Below, piece after piece: positions 41,385-54,561 of a stretch of DNA of 64,000 bases. Position numbers and translations under genes: made by a program. The notes under the pieces are model-generated. The model searched no databases. It saw nothing but the letters and a program-made list of their open reading frames with translations, and was not told where the DNA came from. This DNA is from Octopus vulgaris (lineage: Eukaryota). Location of the stretch: the NCBI GenBank assembly GCA_951406725.2, contig OX597831.1, positions 930,001-994,000 of the forward strand, written 5' to 3'. The first letter of the stretch is position 1, and every line of letters begins with the position of its first letter.

Positions 41385-41780
41385 GGCGCAGGAGTGGCTG
41401 TGTGGTAAGTAGCTTGTTTACCAGCCACATGGTTCTGGGTTCAGTCCCACTGCATGGCACCTTGGACAAGTGTCTTCTACTATAGCCTTGGGCTGACCAA
41501 AGCCTTGTGAGTGGATTTGGTAGATGGAAACTGAAAGAAGCTCGTCGTATATATGTATATATATATGTATGTCTGTGTGTGTGTTTGTGTGTCTGTGTTT
41601 GTCCCCCTATCATTGCTTGACAACCGATGCTGGTGTGTTTATGTCCCCGTCACTTAGCGGTTCGGCAAAAGTGACCGATAGGAAAAGTACTGGGCTTACA
41701 AAGAATAAGTCCCGGGGTCGAGTTGCTTGATTAAAGGCGGTGCTCCAGCATGGCCGCAGTCAAATGACTGAAACAAGTAA

Positions 41781-41782
<2 letters not shown>
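41385..41782 (+). mobile_element. tRNA-derived SINE family A, full length
   Basis: GGCGCAGGAGTGGCTGTGTGGTAAG...GGTTCAGTCCC...TGACTGAAACAAGTAAAA, inserted in (TA)n. Confidence 0.9.
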
Positions 41783-41812
<30 letters not shown>

Positions 41813-42340
41813 TATATATAAACATACACACTCAAGCATATACACTCCCCACCTACATAGAATCAGAGAGATAGGTATGAATGTATAAAAAATACACGCG
41901 GACACATACAAAAACACACATACATAGACATACACCTACAGACGTATATTAATCTTAAGACATATTCATGTGTGGGTGGGTGGGTGTATGTGTGTTTGTG
42001 TAGACACACACACAAACACACATGCACTCATGCACACACATACAACTAAACAAAGATGCAATACAGATAGGAGGAGGGACTATTTCTCCTGCCTCCACCA
42101 ATTGCTACTACTGCTGCTGCTGCTGACAGCACTAACATAGATGGGAAATCATTTACTCCTACTACTACTACTCCCACTACAACTCCTACTCCTCAAGCCA
42201 TCTTTTTTTTTTTGCAATCCATCTTGGTACACACACACATACACACACACTTATATGTGTATGTGTATATATATAAAGTCTATAGTGTGTGTAAATATAT
42301 GTATGTATGTATGTATGTATGTATCTATCTATCTACCTAC

Positions 42341-42419
<79 letters not shown>

Positions 42420-43362
42420 CCTATCAATCTATCTACACACACACACATGTACATATAAATATATATTTCTGTAGGTGTTTTTTTCTTTGTTTATGGTTGG
42501 CTATCAAATCCAAAGATGACCATCTTCTATACATACAAAATCTATGTTACTTTTTCTAACACATACCATCTTCTATATACTGTCACACATCAACATCACC
42601 AACACCATCACCAGCATCATTTCATTATCCACCTCTTTCCTTCCCCTCTCTCATTCACTCAACCAATTCACCTAAAAAAAAAATCATAGACACACACATA
42701 TATGATGATGATGATGATGATGATGATGCTACATCTGCTTTCCATGCTGTCATGGATCAGGCAAGCTGTCATTGTACAAGATACATTTTATCATAGCACC
42801 AGTACTACAGAGGTTGTCTTGTCTCCTGCTAGACTAATGAATCCTGTCTATGCTGTCTGGTCATTTAAGGCCAATAAGATTGAGATCGAGTGGGTTAATA
42901 TAAGAAGTAATCATGACCAAAACAGAACCACAGTGAGATGTGAAAGATGAAAGTGTATGACTATGATTGGAGAAAGAGATTGACAGAAATAAAATAGCAG
43001 AATAAGATGGTGTAACTGAAGAGAATCAGTGGTGAGCAGCTACATGCTTTTTATTGATAATGAGAATGAATACAAAAAGGAATAAGTGGTGTGATGGAAA
43101 AAAGAGTAATAGGAGCAAGAGGAAAGTAATGTGGTATGTCAACAAAGAGTGATAAAGGTGTAATGTGAGAGAGAGAGAGAGAGGTTGAAGGATTGCAGGA
43201 TAGTAATAAAGGTGGTGGTAAGAGAGTATGAGTGATGGAAAGTAATAGAGATAGGCAATGACATGGAAAGAGAAAGTGGTGGTATAGAAGAAGAAAGTGA
43301 TGAAGAGTAAATGGAGGCACAAGATGGAGATTTAACAAAAATATGATGGGCAAGAGACCCAA

Positions 43363-43405
<43 letters not shown>

Positions 43406-43532
43406 AGGAGGTGACAGGACACAGATAGTGGGTCTATAGCCAGCGGGAGGAGGTGTCTTCCTGGGGCTACAAACTACAGTAGCATCCACCCTTTTGGGTT
43501 AGCCATATTCAAATGGCATATATGCATCACGT

Positions 43533-43581
<49 letters not shown>

Positions 43582-43589
43582 GATTCCAA

Positions 43590-44690
43590 CTGCCATCATT
43601 CTTCCTATTTTAAATGTTTTACCATGTTTGCATGGCCTTATCCAGCACCACCCATTGCAACTAATTGCGATTCCATGTCATCTTCTTTGGGAAGCGCAGT
43701 TTCTTGAGATCAGTCCTTGTTTCATATCTCTTTAAGCCTCCCTCTTCTACAGGTTCATCCTCTTCGAGCAGTCAGCAGTTTTTTTTTTTTTTATACAACT
43801 GACATCTTCCATAAACAGTCTTCTATCTTTACACACTATATTTGATTCTTCTTACAGCTAGCTTTTCTCTCTCAGTACATTTTGCTCAACTGTTCAAGTA
43901 CGCTAACATTAGACGTTCAATAACGTATGAATGTTTGATTTCTTCCTCGCTACCACATGCAGCACTACTATGCTAACATTTCACTTAGTACACAAGCATC
44001 ATACAATTTACTCTTCGTAACCATTAGAGGTAATAACTCCCTGAACTTTATCTACACCATACTTACAAATTCCCTACAACTAATTAAATAGACACTATCA
44101 ACTAGTTTTAGAGGGTTTTCCAAGCATTTGAAGAACTTTATTTCAGATGTACTCTTACTGTTAACTACTCTCATACATCTGCTACATACAAAGTCTTTCT
44201 TCTTGGCCAGCCTGCCTATAATACCTCTTTTCATTACACCTCTTGTGGCATCCATACTTTACACTAGATACACTGTATGGAGTTTCTACTAACTCTCCTT
44301 TGTCTGCCACTCAAGCATGGCCATTTTCCAGATGGTACCAAGGTCCTGCCTTCTTTCTGACTAACTGAACCCAGAGCATTTGCTAAGCTTACTTTGAAGC
44401 CTCTTGAGTCTAAGTTTTGCTTCCTTCTTTGGAATTTCATTTGCAAATCTACCAAAGATTCACATTAGGGACAAAAGGACTCTTTCAATCAAGAGGAATT
44501 GAGAACTGAACCCTAGTGGAAATCCTCTTTGCGCACTAAATTCATTGTTGACTCTTACTTTGCTAATTTCACCTCTATAAATGGCTTGCACGACTATCAA
44601 GAGTCATTTATTTATCCCTAGATTCTTTAATGACAACCAAATTAGAAGATGTTTGATTGGTCTATCCATCTTAAGCCTTTAAATTTCTTT
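43590..44690 (-). mobile_element. Decayed RTE-clade LINE (RT region to 3' end) with Cys-rich insert
   Basis: Fragments LDSRGFKVSLA, PSGKWPC..VSRNSIQC, GIIGRLAKKKDFVCSRC and KFRELLPL...KLYDACV. Confidence 0.7.
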
Positions 44691-44754
44691 ATTTTTATAA
44701 TTTTTATCATTATGGAATATATATATATATGAAATAGAGTGAACACATTCTTAC

Positions 44755-45045
44755 AGTTGGTTAGGGTGTTGCACTCATGATCACAGTTTCAATTCCTAGA
44801 CTGGGTAGTGCATTATGTTCTTGAGCAAAATACTTCACCTCACATTGCTCTACGATCACTTCAATACCTCACGCATGCAGGTACACTGTGCACCTGTTCA
44901 GGCAACATCGATTTAATGGAGGGAGTGAGATAATGTACAGCACGTACATTTGATCACTAAAAACAAATCATTTCTGCAGGTCTTTCGGCAACAGCTGAGC
45001 ACACATACATCATCTTCAATGGGAGAGTCCATCATCATCATTATT
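44755..45045 (+). mobile_element. tRNA-derived CORE-like SINE
   Basis: TGGTTAGGGTGTTGCACTCATGATC..GTTTCAATTCC, then TTCTTGAGCAAAATACTTCA; (CAT)n tail. Confidence 0.6.
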
Positions 45046-45089
45046 ATTATTTGTACTCTTACTATTATTATCATTTTAATTTTTATTAT

Positions 45090-45310
45090 TAAGAGGGCAA
45101 GCTGGCAGAATTGTTAGAACACTGGGCAAAATGCTTACAGGCATTTCATCCATCTTTACGTTCTGAGTTCTAATTCTGCCGAGGTTGACTTTGCCTTTCA
45201 TCGCTTTGAGGTTAATAAAATAAGTACCAGTTGAACACTGGGGTTGGTGTAATTGACTCCCCCAAAATTCCAGGCCTTGTGCCTAGAGTAGAAAGGATTA
45301 TTATTATTAT
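45090..45310 (+). mobile_element. SINE family B (alternative 3' end, (ATT)n tail)
   Basis: Family B head and body, ending CCCCAAAATTCCAGGCCTTGTGCC..GAAAGGATTATT. Confidence 0.8.
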
Positions 45311-45314
45311 TAAC

Positions 45315-45566
45315 ATTCTGTTGTGTCTGGGGAGAGTCATTTTCATTGCGTCTTGCAACCTTTTCAAGAGTCTAAGACTATTGAAAAGGTTGCAAGACGC
45401 AACAAAAATTTTAGAAGAATAGAAATAAGAAATGAGTGGAAATTTTACCGGTGCGTTAAATCATAAGGCACAAAAAGAAAATGACTCTCCCCAGACACAA
45501 CAGAATATGCTTCAACACACGAACTCATATAATGAATCTTGCAAACCAAATCCAAAAACGAAATAT
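45315..45566 (+). mobile_element. Fold-back element with U3-A8 hammerhead-like arms
   Basis: Perfect 30-bp outer IR (45315-44 / 45477-506) and 22-bp inner IR (45346-67 / 45381-402). Confidence 0.6.
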
Positions 45567-46572
45567 TATTAACATTATTATCACTATGAAAAAGGGAAAT
45601 ATGAGGTAAATTCTCACAAAAGTAAAATGGAAAGGTGGCTGTAAAAGTAAAAGAGTCCCAGTTATCATTTAATAACAGTGGATTTCTAATGTGTGACAGT
45701 GGTCATCAGGGGTTTGATAGTGAAGATGATGGCTATAAGAAGATTGTAAAGGATCAGGTGCATACATCACTCACTTAAATAGATGTACCCACACAAAAGT
45801 GTTACTGAAACCAAAAATCACAAAAAAAAGAAAAAAAACAAAACAAAAAAAGCTTACACAGAAAAGTTTCAGTAAGCATCTGAACTCAAAAGAAGAATCA
45901 CTATCTAAGCCTACAGCAGGAAAACCATCTGAGCCTGTACCATACTCTCTCTCTCTGTATAAATATATGTATGTATGAAAACATGCATGTATTCATAGAC
46001 ATTCATAGACATATACATTCATACATACATTCACATATATGCACGTATGCATGTGCACACATACACATCAAGTAAATATGTTGCATATACATTATATATA
46101 TATATGCAAAAACATATATTGTACATATATGTACAAAAACATATGTGTATATAAGTATAGTCTACATATATAATACATATAAAGAGATGTGTTTGCATAT
46201 GTATGTAACTAAGTGTGTATGTTCATTGTGTCATTATCAAAAAAGCTGGAAACCTTAGATTTCAATTTATCCGAAATGTGTAGTGCTTAATTGATTAATT
46301 AATTAATTAATTAAATACACAGCTGTATTATATATACTGTCTTTAATGTTATTTTATCTCTAAAGTCTATATTTATACACGTATATTGTCTCTTCAGGTT
46401 AAATAGGTCTCTCTGCTTAAGTATATCTTACTAGGATGTTCACAATATTAAATATTAACACTTTCACCACATTTAATGAACAATATATCTTAATCCATTT
46501 AAATAGCTATTCAAAAAATGAAATAACAAAAAAAATTACACTTTTTAATGAAAAGTATTGCTATAGTTACAT

Positions 46573-46616
<44 letters not shown>

Positions 46617-46795
46617 AAAGCAGGCTTAGTACATTGTCACTCAAATGTTTAGTTAATTACATTAATCACTGATTATTTTATTCATTTCTGTAAGTTACAC
46701 GGCTAAGTTACAGGACATCAACAACAAGACTGGATTTTTAAGCAATGTAAATAAGTAAATACAGACATGGAAAATATATGTAACACTCACACATG

Positions 46796-46833
<38 letters not shown>

Positions 46834-46834
<1 letters not shown>

Positions 46835-47064
46835 TTTATTTAAAAGCAGTAGAAAATTCAACAAAACCTGTTACTCTGAGTTTCACGTTCCCGTTCGTCG
46901 GACAGTTTTTGCTAGAAAAAACTGTCCGACGAACGGAAACATGAAACTCAGAGTAACAAGTTTTGTTGAATTTTCTGCTGCTTTTAAATAAAGCATATTA
47001 CTCTACCCCTGGTATTTGAGTACTCTTTTTTCCACCTTGTTTCACATTTATGTGTTTACTCCGG
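46834..47064 (+). mobile_element. Fold-back element: 160-bp palindrome plus 70-bp tail, hammerhead motif in each arm
   Basis: Arms 46834-46910 and 46916-46993 around CTAG; flanked by (TA)n; copy at 51100-51338. Confidence 0.85.
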
Positions 47065-47100
47065 TATATATATATATATATATATACAGTTTTTGCTAGC

Positions 47101-47148
47101 AAAAACTGTCTGACGAACGGCAACGTGAAACTCAGAGTAACAGGTTTT
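47101..47148 (+). ncRNA. Minimal type I hammerhead ribozyme motif (canonical core)
   Basis: Stem I CTGT/ACAG, core CTGACGA (47110-16), stem II ACG-GCAA-CGT, GAAA, stem III CTCAGAG, GUA triplet (predicted cleavage after 47139). Confidence 0.75.
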
Positions 47149-47771
47149 GTTGAATTTTCTGCTGCTTTAAATAAAGAATATATATATATATATATATATA
47201 AAAGACAAAGTAAAAATAATAGTCATTACACTTTTTCTCTATTGCAGTAAATTTGTACATCACTCTTGTGAATCCAGTACAAACTGGAGTACAAACCACA
47301 GATTCACAATATAGAATGGTGATAAACAATAACCTTGGACCCTGCCACAAAAATAAGCGGAGTTCTTTACTAATCTCAAAAATACTGTTAACCTGGTGTA
47401 CTAACAGAGAACTTATAAAGTATTTTGTCTGGATTGATAATCCCTCACTAATAACTCTCTCTCTAGGTGTATATGTGTGTATGTGTCTGTGTATATATAT
47501 ATATATATCTATATACATATATATATTTTGCAGAATTATAATTTTTATTCTGTTTTTTTTTGTGCATACTCTAAGTATGTTTCACAAAGTTTAGTGGCTG
47601 TGTACTCTGAAAAAGACAAGTCGGTTAATGGTGAAAATAAAACTAAAATTTTGTAACATTTTATAGTCTTCTTTCCAAGTTGTTAAATTGTTATCTCCAA
47701 TGTTTACAACATGGCCATCCATAGAAATTTTTTTAAAAAAGAAAATAACAGTATGGGTTAAGCATGTCCTT

Positions 47772-47842
47772 ACCACACACACACATATATATATATATAC
47801 ACACACACATGTATATATGTATGTATATATACTCACACACAC

Positions 47843-47873
<31 letters not shown>

Positions 47874-48402
47874 TATATATATATACACACACATGTATAT
47901 ATGTATGTATATATACTCACACACACATATATATATATACACACACACACACATATATATATACACACACACATGTATATATGTATGTATATATACTCAC
48001 ACACACATATATATATATACACACACACACATATATATATACACACACACATGTATATATGTATGTATATATACTCACACACACATATATATATACACAC
48101 ACACACACATATATATATACACACACACATGTATATATGTATGTATATATACTCACACACACATGTATATATATACACACACACACACATATATATATAC
48201 ACACACACATGTATATATGTATGTATATATACTCACACACACATATATATATATATACACACACACACATATATATATACACACACATGTATATATGTAT
48301 GTATATATACTCACACACACATATATATATATACACACACACACACATATATATATATACACACACATGTATATATGTATGTATATATACTCACACACAC
48401 AC
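47772..48402. repeat. Minisatellite built from microsatellite blocks, 8 units of ~78-84 bp
   Basis: Anchor CATGTATATATGTATGTATATATACTCAC at ~47808, 47892, 47972, 48050, 48128, 48208, 48286 and 48366. Confidence 0.9.
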
Positions 48403-48724
48403 AAATACATATAAGAACATGCATTAAATAAATATGATATACAGAAACCTGTCACTGCCAATGTTATCTTTAAGATAGTATGTTCAGACTAGCATGTATT
48501 TAGCATACCCCACCACATACAAACATATACAACCAACACATATACACACTATCATATGTATTGAGTACTCTTTGAGCTGCTTGTAATTCTGTATAAATCC
48601 TGTTATATGTATGTGTTGAGTTGTCCTTCCCTAGTTTGTAACCTAAAATATATATATATAATCAGGAGAAAACAGAATGAAGGAGAATAAGCGGAGGTTG
48701 ATACACAGGGAGAGACAAGACTAA

Positions 48725-48745
48725 GATAGATAGATAGATAGTGAG

Positions 48746-48806
<61 letters not shown>

Positions 48807-49250
48807 AAGATTAAAAAAGGTAAGAAAAGAGGGAAATAAAAGAAAAGCATATAAATAGATAGTGAGCGGAGAAAAGGTTTTTAATATAAAGTAAGAATGT
48901 ATGAGATGTATAGAGAGTTAGAGAAGATAAAGTGAGAGAGAGTGAGAAGTAGAAAGAGCAGTAAGAAGGAGAGAGAGAGAGAGAGCGAAAGATAGAGGAG
49001 TAAACAGAGAGAGAGAGTGCGAAAGAGTGAGAGAGCATGAGAGAGAGAGAGAGTGCGAAAGAGAGAGAGCATGAGAGAGAGAGTGTGAAAGAGAGAGAGC
49101 ATGAGAGAGAGAGAGTGTGAAAGAGAGAGAGCATGTGAAAGAGAGAGAGCGAAAGAGAGAGAGAGAGTGTGAAAGAGAGAGAGCATGAGAGAGAGAGAGA
49201 GTGCAAAAGAGAGAGAGCATGAGAGAGGGAGAGCATGAGAGGGAGAGTGT
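48725..49250. repeat. (GA)n tracts and ~30-bp GA-rich minisatellite
   Basis: Repeated GTGTGAAAGAGAGAGAGCATGAGAGAGA. Confidence 0.8.
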
Positions 49251-50418
49251 GTGAGCTTCTGAACTCGATTTTTCTCCCCATATTTTTTAACAAGATTGTC
49301 AACCAGTCAACCACCAATATATATTCCACACTTTGTTTTCCTCTTTTCCTCCGCCTTCCACATTTCCCTGCCACCACCACCACCACCACCACCACCACCA
49401 CCACCACCACCATCACTGCCGCCGCCGCTGCCATCGCCGATCAGTCCTTTAGTCCTTTAAGCTCCTCCTGTCAGCCAGCAGCACCAGCCACTCCTACAAG
49501 CCATCCGCTCTCCTTTGGGTCCTGCGCCATTCCTTCTGTTTCTCCCTTTTAGGAAGGCGGAGGAGGCAGAGGAAGAGGAAGGGGGGGGGGAAGGTCACTG
49601 CAAGCTTCGTGAAGCAATCCATCCGCTGTTTCTGTTTCACTATTATATAAATGACCCCTGTAGCCATCAGCACCACCCCCAACCAACAACCAGCGCAGCC
49701 ATAACCACCACCACCACCACCACCACCATCACCACCACCACTACTACTGACAAAATATCATTACAATATATGAGCCAACCCTGTTACTACCATAACTACT
49801 ACAGCTGCTGTTACTCTGTCCACCACAGTGACCATTACCACTACTGCAGCCACTATTACCAAACTGTCAAAACACAACACAAAACCCATTCACATTTCTA
49901 CCACAACAATGTCACTGCCTTTAACATCACCGATATCAAACCATGACCAACGCCACTATGTTCACACAGTCGCAAATGCCAACACCAGGAGTTGACAAGA
50001 GAGCTTATATGTGGTCACATTGCCAGCTAGAAACAGCAACCAAATCTCTCTCATGTCACATCGTATTATCTTAAAAAAAAAAAAAAGAAAGCAAAAAAAA
50101 CATGAAGGATGCAATGGATAATGATGTAGTTTTAGATAGGTAGAAAAAATGTGGGATGGTCATAGTTGGAATAACTGTGATTTTATGTCCGCTTGATCAG
50201 TGTTTACTTGGGACTAAACAACATCATTAACACATTCACAATGCTAACACCATTACCACTAAATTAATTACTACAATCATCATCAAGCCAATCACAACCA
50301 GACCATTCCACAACAACCACCACCAACACCACTATCACTACCGCACATTAAACTGTTGCCCAGCCCTATGCCACTGTTAACAACACTAACTCTCTTATAC
50401 TTCTGCTAACAATTAATT

Positions 50419-50800
50419 ACTGGTTTCAAATTTTGGTGCAAGGCCAGCATTTCAGGGAATGGGATATGCTGATTACATTGACCCCATTGCTCAACTGGTA
50501 CTTATTTTATCAACCCCAAAAGGACGAAAGGCAAAGTTGATCTCAGTGGAATTTGAACCAAGAATGTAAGGATGAATGAAATGCCACTAAGTATTTTGCC
50601 TGGCCTGCTAATGATTCTGCCACCTAGCAGCCTTACTACTAACTAAAACTGGTTTCAGTTTTTGACACAGAGCCAGCAATTAATTACATTGACTCCAGCA
50701 TTCAACTGGTATCTATTTTATTGATCCTGAAAGGATGAAAGGTAAAGTTGACCTTGTCAGCATTTGAACTCAGAATGTAAAGACAGACAAAATGCTGTAG
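50419..50800 (-). mobile_element. Two tandem family B SINE copies
   Basis: Reverse-complement family B body at ~50490 and ~50705. Confidence 0.7.
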
Positions 50801-51099
50801 CCATAGGGACCCTTTACTCTGGTCCTGTAGAGAACATGGCAACCTTTCTAGTAGTGGTGCCTTGGAAAATTGCACCCAGTACATTCTGTAAAGTGGTTGG
50901 CATTAGTAATGCATGTAGCTATAAAAAAAAAATGCCAAATGAAAATGGATGAGAGAGGTATGGGAAGCAGGTAGTAACCTCAAATAAGAACTGACTCACC
51001 ATTTCATGTCTGCTTTAGATGGGATTCATCTGATCCATGCCAGCAATGGAAAGTGGATGTATAATGATAATGACAACAATATATATATATATATATATA

Positions 51100-51336
51100 C
51101 TTTATTTAAAGCAGCAGAAAATTCAACAAAACCTGTTACTCTGAGTTTCCCGTTGCCGTTCATCGGACAGTTTTTGTTGAATTTTGCTAACAAAAACTGT
51201 CCGATGAACGGCAATGGGAAACTCAGAGTAACAGGTTTTGTTGAATTTTCTGCTGCTTTAAATAAAGCATATTACTCTACCACTGGTATTTGAGTACTCT
51301 TTTTTCCACCTTGTTTCACATTTATGTGTTTACTCC

Positions 51337-51338
<2 letters not shown>
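51100..51338 (+). mobile_element. Fold-back hammerhead element (copy of 46834-47064)
   Basis: Palindrome 51100-51267 with near-identical tail; plus-arm motif CTGT-CCGATGA-ACGGCAATGG-GAAA-CTCAGAG-TA-ACAG at 51197-51234. Confidence 0.85.
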
Positions 51339-51394
<56 letters not shown>

Positions 51395-52039
51395 TCAATA
51401 CAGTGGCTCATAAAAATATATATGCAATTGCTGAACCAAACAATCTTTTGCAGCATCATACAGCTTGGCACTGATTTAGGCAATGATAACAGGAAAACAT
51501 TGCCAGACGACTCAGGCATTGGGGATTTCCCACAGAATACACAAAATACAGATGTGTGTATGTGTCTCTATGTAAGCATATACATATCCGCATACCTATA
51601 TATAGACACATTCACATACATACTTATTCATATACACAGACAAGAGTATTTTATACATACATGTATTATTACATTTATGAACATGTACTAAATACCTATG
51701 CATACACATATACACATACAGACATACATACATATGATTGCATACTTTCATATTGACTTACACCAAAACAGACATACATAACAATGCACAGAAACACACT
51801 CATGGCAATACGTGAGCATACAAGTGGGTTAATTCACACAAGCAAGTTAAATGCTAAACAATACACACAAACCATGTACAGTTATCAATGTTTTAGATAC
51901 CAGATAATGTATAAAAACAACAAATACACACACATGCACACATGTACTCACTCACTCGCATGCATACATACATGCATACATGAACACACACACACACATA
52001 CATACTATCTCCTTCTGAGGTTTCTTCCTTTTACTCAAT

Positions 52040-52665
52040 GACAGAGCCAAGCTACAAATTGCAGCCACATCTCTCTCCCAAATTACATCCTGCTGTTTGA
52101 AAAAAGGGAACATATTTGGATGATGGGGTTCACAGTAGGCTGTGCAAGAAAATGGATGGGATAATCAAGGCTGGAATGTTTTCTACTGTAAGTTTGTTTG
52201 ATTAGGGATGACTTGAGTCAAAACAATAATTGAAACAACAACAACAAACCAATGGGAAAGCCTCTGTGTGGTTGCTTGACATGCTATACATAGCAGCTAG
52301 ATCTTTCACAAGTCACACATCATATTGTGCTAAAAAGAAATGATTCACTGAAAGATATATTGCCAATAATATACCAGACAGACAGGATGCTCATGGCCGC
52401 ATTGCCTTTCATTATATCTTTTCAACCTGGGAAGATATAGTGAAACTTGGGGATAAACAACAACTGAAGTAGTGTCTATGCTATTGACTGACCTGCTAGA
52501 AATAACAGTCAAAGCTTGATTCTATCACATGCAATTGCTTTCAAAAATGAGGAATACATTCAAGAATGTAGTCACTTCTCTGTAAAGTGATGATAATCAT
52601 GGCCAGTAGACTTTGATCACAAGTTTGCTTAATTAGAGTTGACATGAGGCTAAACAACACTGACT
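52040..52665 (+). mobile_element. Three tandem family D copies
   Basis: Three colinear ~200-bp diverged units, each ending (T/C)AAA(A)CAA. Confidence 0.65.
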
Positions 52666-54506
52666 ATAATTGTATTAAGCCAACAAGGAATCTTCTCGGA
52701 CTGAATCTCAATCTTTCCTCTGTCATTTTCTCTTTTGGCTTCATATATTTCCTCATTTAGCGCTACTTATTTCCATAGACAAACATCCACTAAATAATTG
52801 CTATATATAAAAACTCAATATCACTGGTAAAATGCTATCTTTAGGAAAATAAGTTAGTGGCAATATACATATGTGTGTGTGTGTGCATGTTTGTGTGTGT
52901 ATATATACACACATACACACACATATATACATGTGTATATATACATGTATACATGTATTTCTATAATTATACATCTATATACACACACATATATACATGT
53001 GTGTGTATATATATTTATATAAGTATATACATATACACAGACACATACATATATGTATGTAACACACTTAAACACACACACACATACGCGCATAATTTAT
53101 ACTACACAAAACAAAAGCAGAGAGAAAATCATTAGTTGATAACACATCTCTCTTATTATAGAATATCCCCCCAGAAAAACTAGAAGATTAGTCACGGAAG
53201 TGATATTAATAGCAAAACATAATGCAAAACTCAATAGACAGATTGCACATCCGTAATATTACTATTAGCAGACATCAGGGCTAAACTGCTTCCTGATTAC
53301 TGAAAGAAACTTGATGTGAACACTCAGAGAGTTTAAAGTTTAGTGATAATGAATGAGGAATACAAACACATACACAATATCTGTCCTATGATTATCACAC
53401 AGAATGACTAACAACTGCTACTTCATAACCATCTCTTTGTCAAGATTAAACCGGAAAAGTCTAGGAACATATTTACAAATCCAGGATATTTAGTGTTCTG
53501 AACAGAACACAGAAATGAATCAGAAAGATATGAAAACTTAATAAAAATGAATGCATTTGAGTTTTCAATATTATATGGTTAACCCTTTTCAGATGTGAAT
53601 ATTTTTCATGGGTCAAATACAGACACCATTTTCGTCCATGGCATGAATAAGATCCCTAAAAACTGTAATATGAAAGGGTGTTTGAAATAATACCCATACT
53701 GTATTGCTCGCATGTGGGTTAACTAGCGGTGCATTGGGGTCTTAGGTAGAGGGTTCTGTTTGAAAAATATATTGCAGTCTCTGCCCAATTATAATACAAC
53801 CAGCAATAAGCCTGCAACTTGTACCAGTAGGCGTGGAGTGGGAGTCCCAGGACTATGAAGTGGGTCCAGGAAGGAATAACTGTTAGTGATTGGAAAAGGA
53901 ACAGTTGCATCTGATAGGACCCTATGGGGAAGTCGTTTACATTTTGAGCCTATGCACTTCGACAGAAAGGATTAAGAGGTAGAAAAATGGAGAGAGAAAA
54001 AAACCTGTAGAGATTAAAAGTTCATATGTATATATACACTTGATCAACCCCAGCTAGGTGAACTAGGCGAGGGGCTATGATGTTGAAAGGCCAAAAAACC
54101 CTGAGACCTTAGAAGCATCACTGATGATATATCCCAGAGCATTCATGAGATATATCTTAAAACTAAGTACACACACAAATCATGATCATCACCACCGTTG
54201 TTTTACTACTCACTTTTCCATACTTACATGGTTCAAAGAGAATTCATTGAGGCATATTTTCTGTGGCTTGATGCCCTTCCTGTTACCAACCCTCATCCAT
54301 TTCCAAGCAAGGTAATATTTCCCCATGGCAAGACACGTCTTCGTGGAGGATTAGAAACAAATAGCACTGCTTGCATGATGGTAACACTCATTTATAATTA
54401 CTATACAGTGTCACTGTAGTAATTATAGACACTCACCCAAAGTGCCCCACTGTGAGACTGAACCCCAAACCATGTAATTGAGAAGTGAAATTCTTAACCA
54501 TACAGC

Positions 54507-54561
<55 letters not shown>

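Noticed and set aside
47132-47594. Overlapping 113-128 aa ORFs in unique sequence
   Set aside because: No recognisable domain; the ends run into microsatellites.
53579-53722. TTAACCC...GGGTTAA possible MITE
   Set aside because: The TIR match beyond CCC/GGG is too poor to support.
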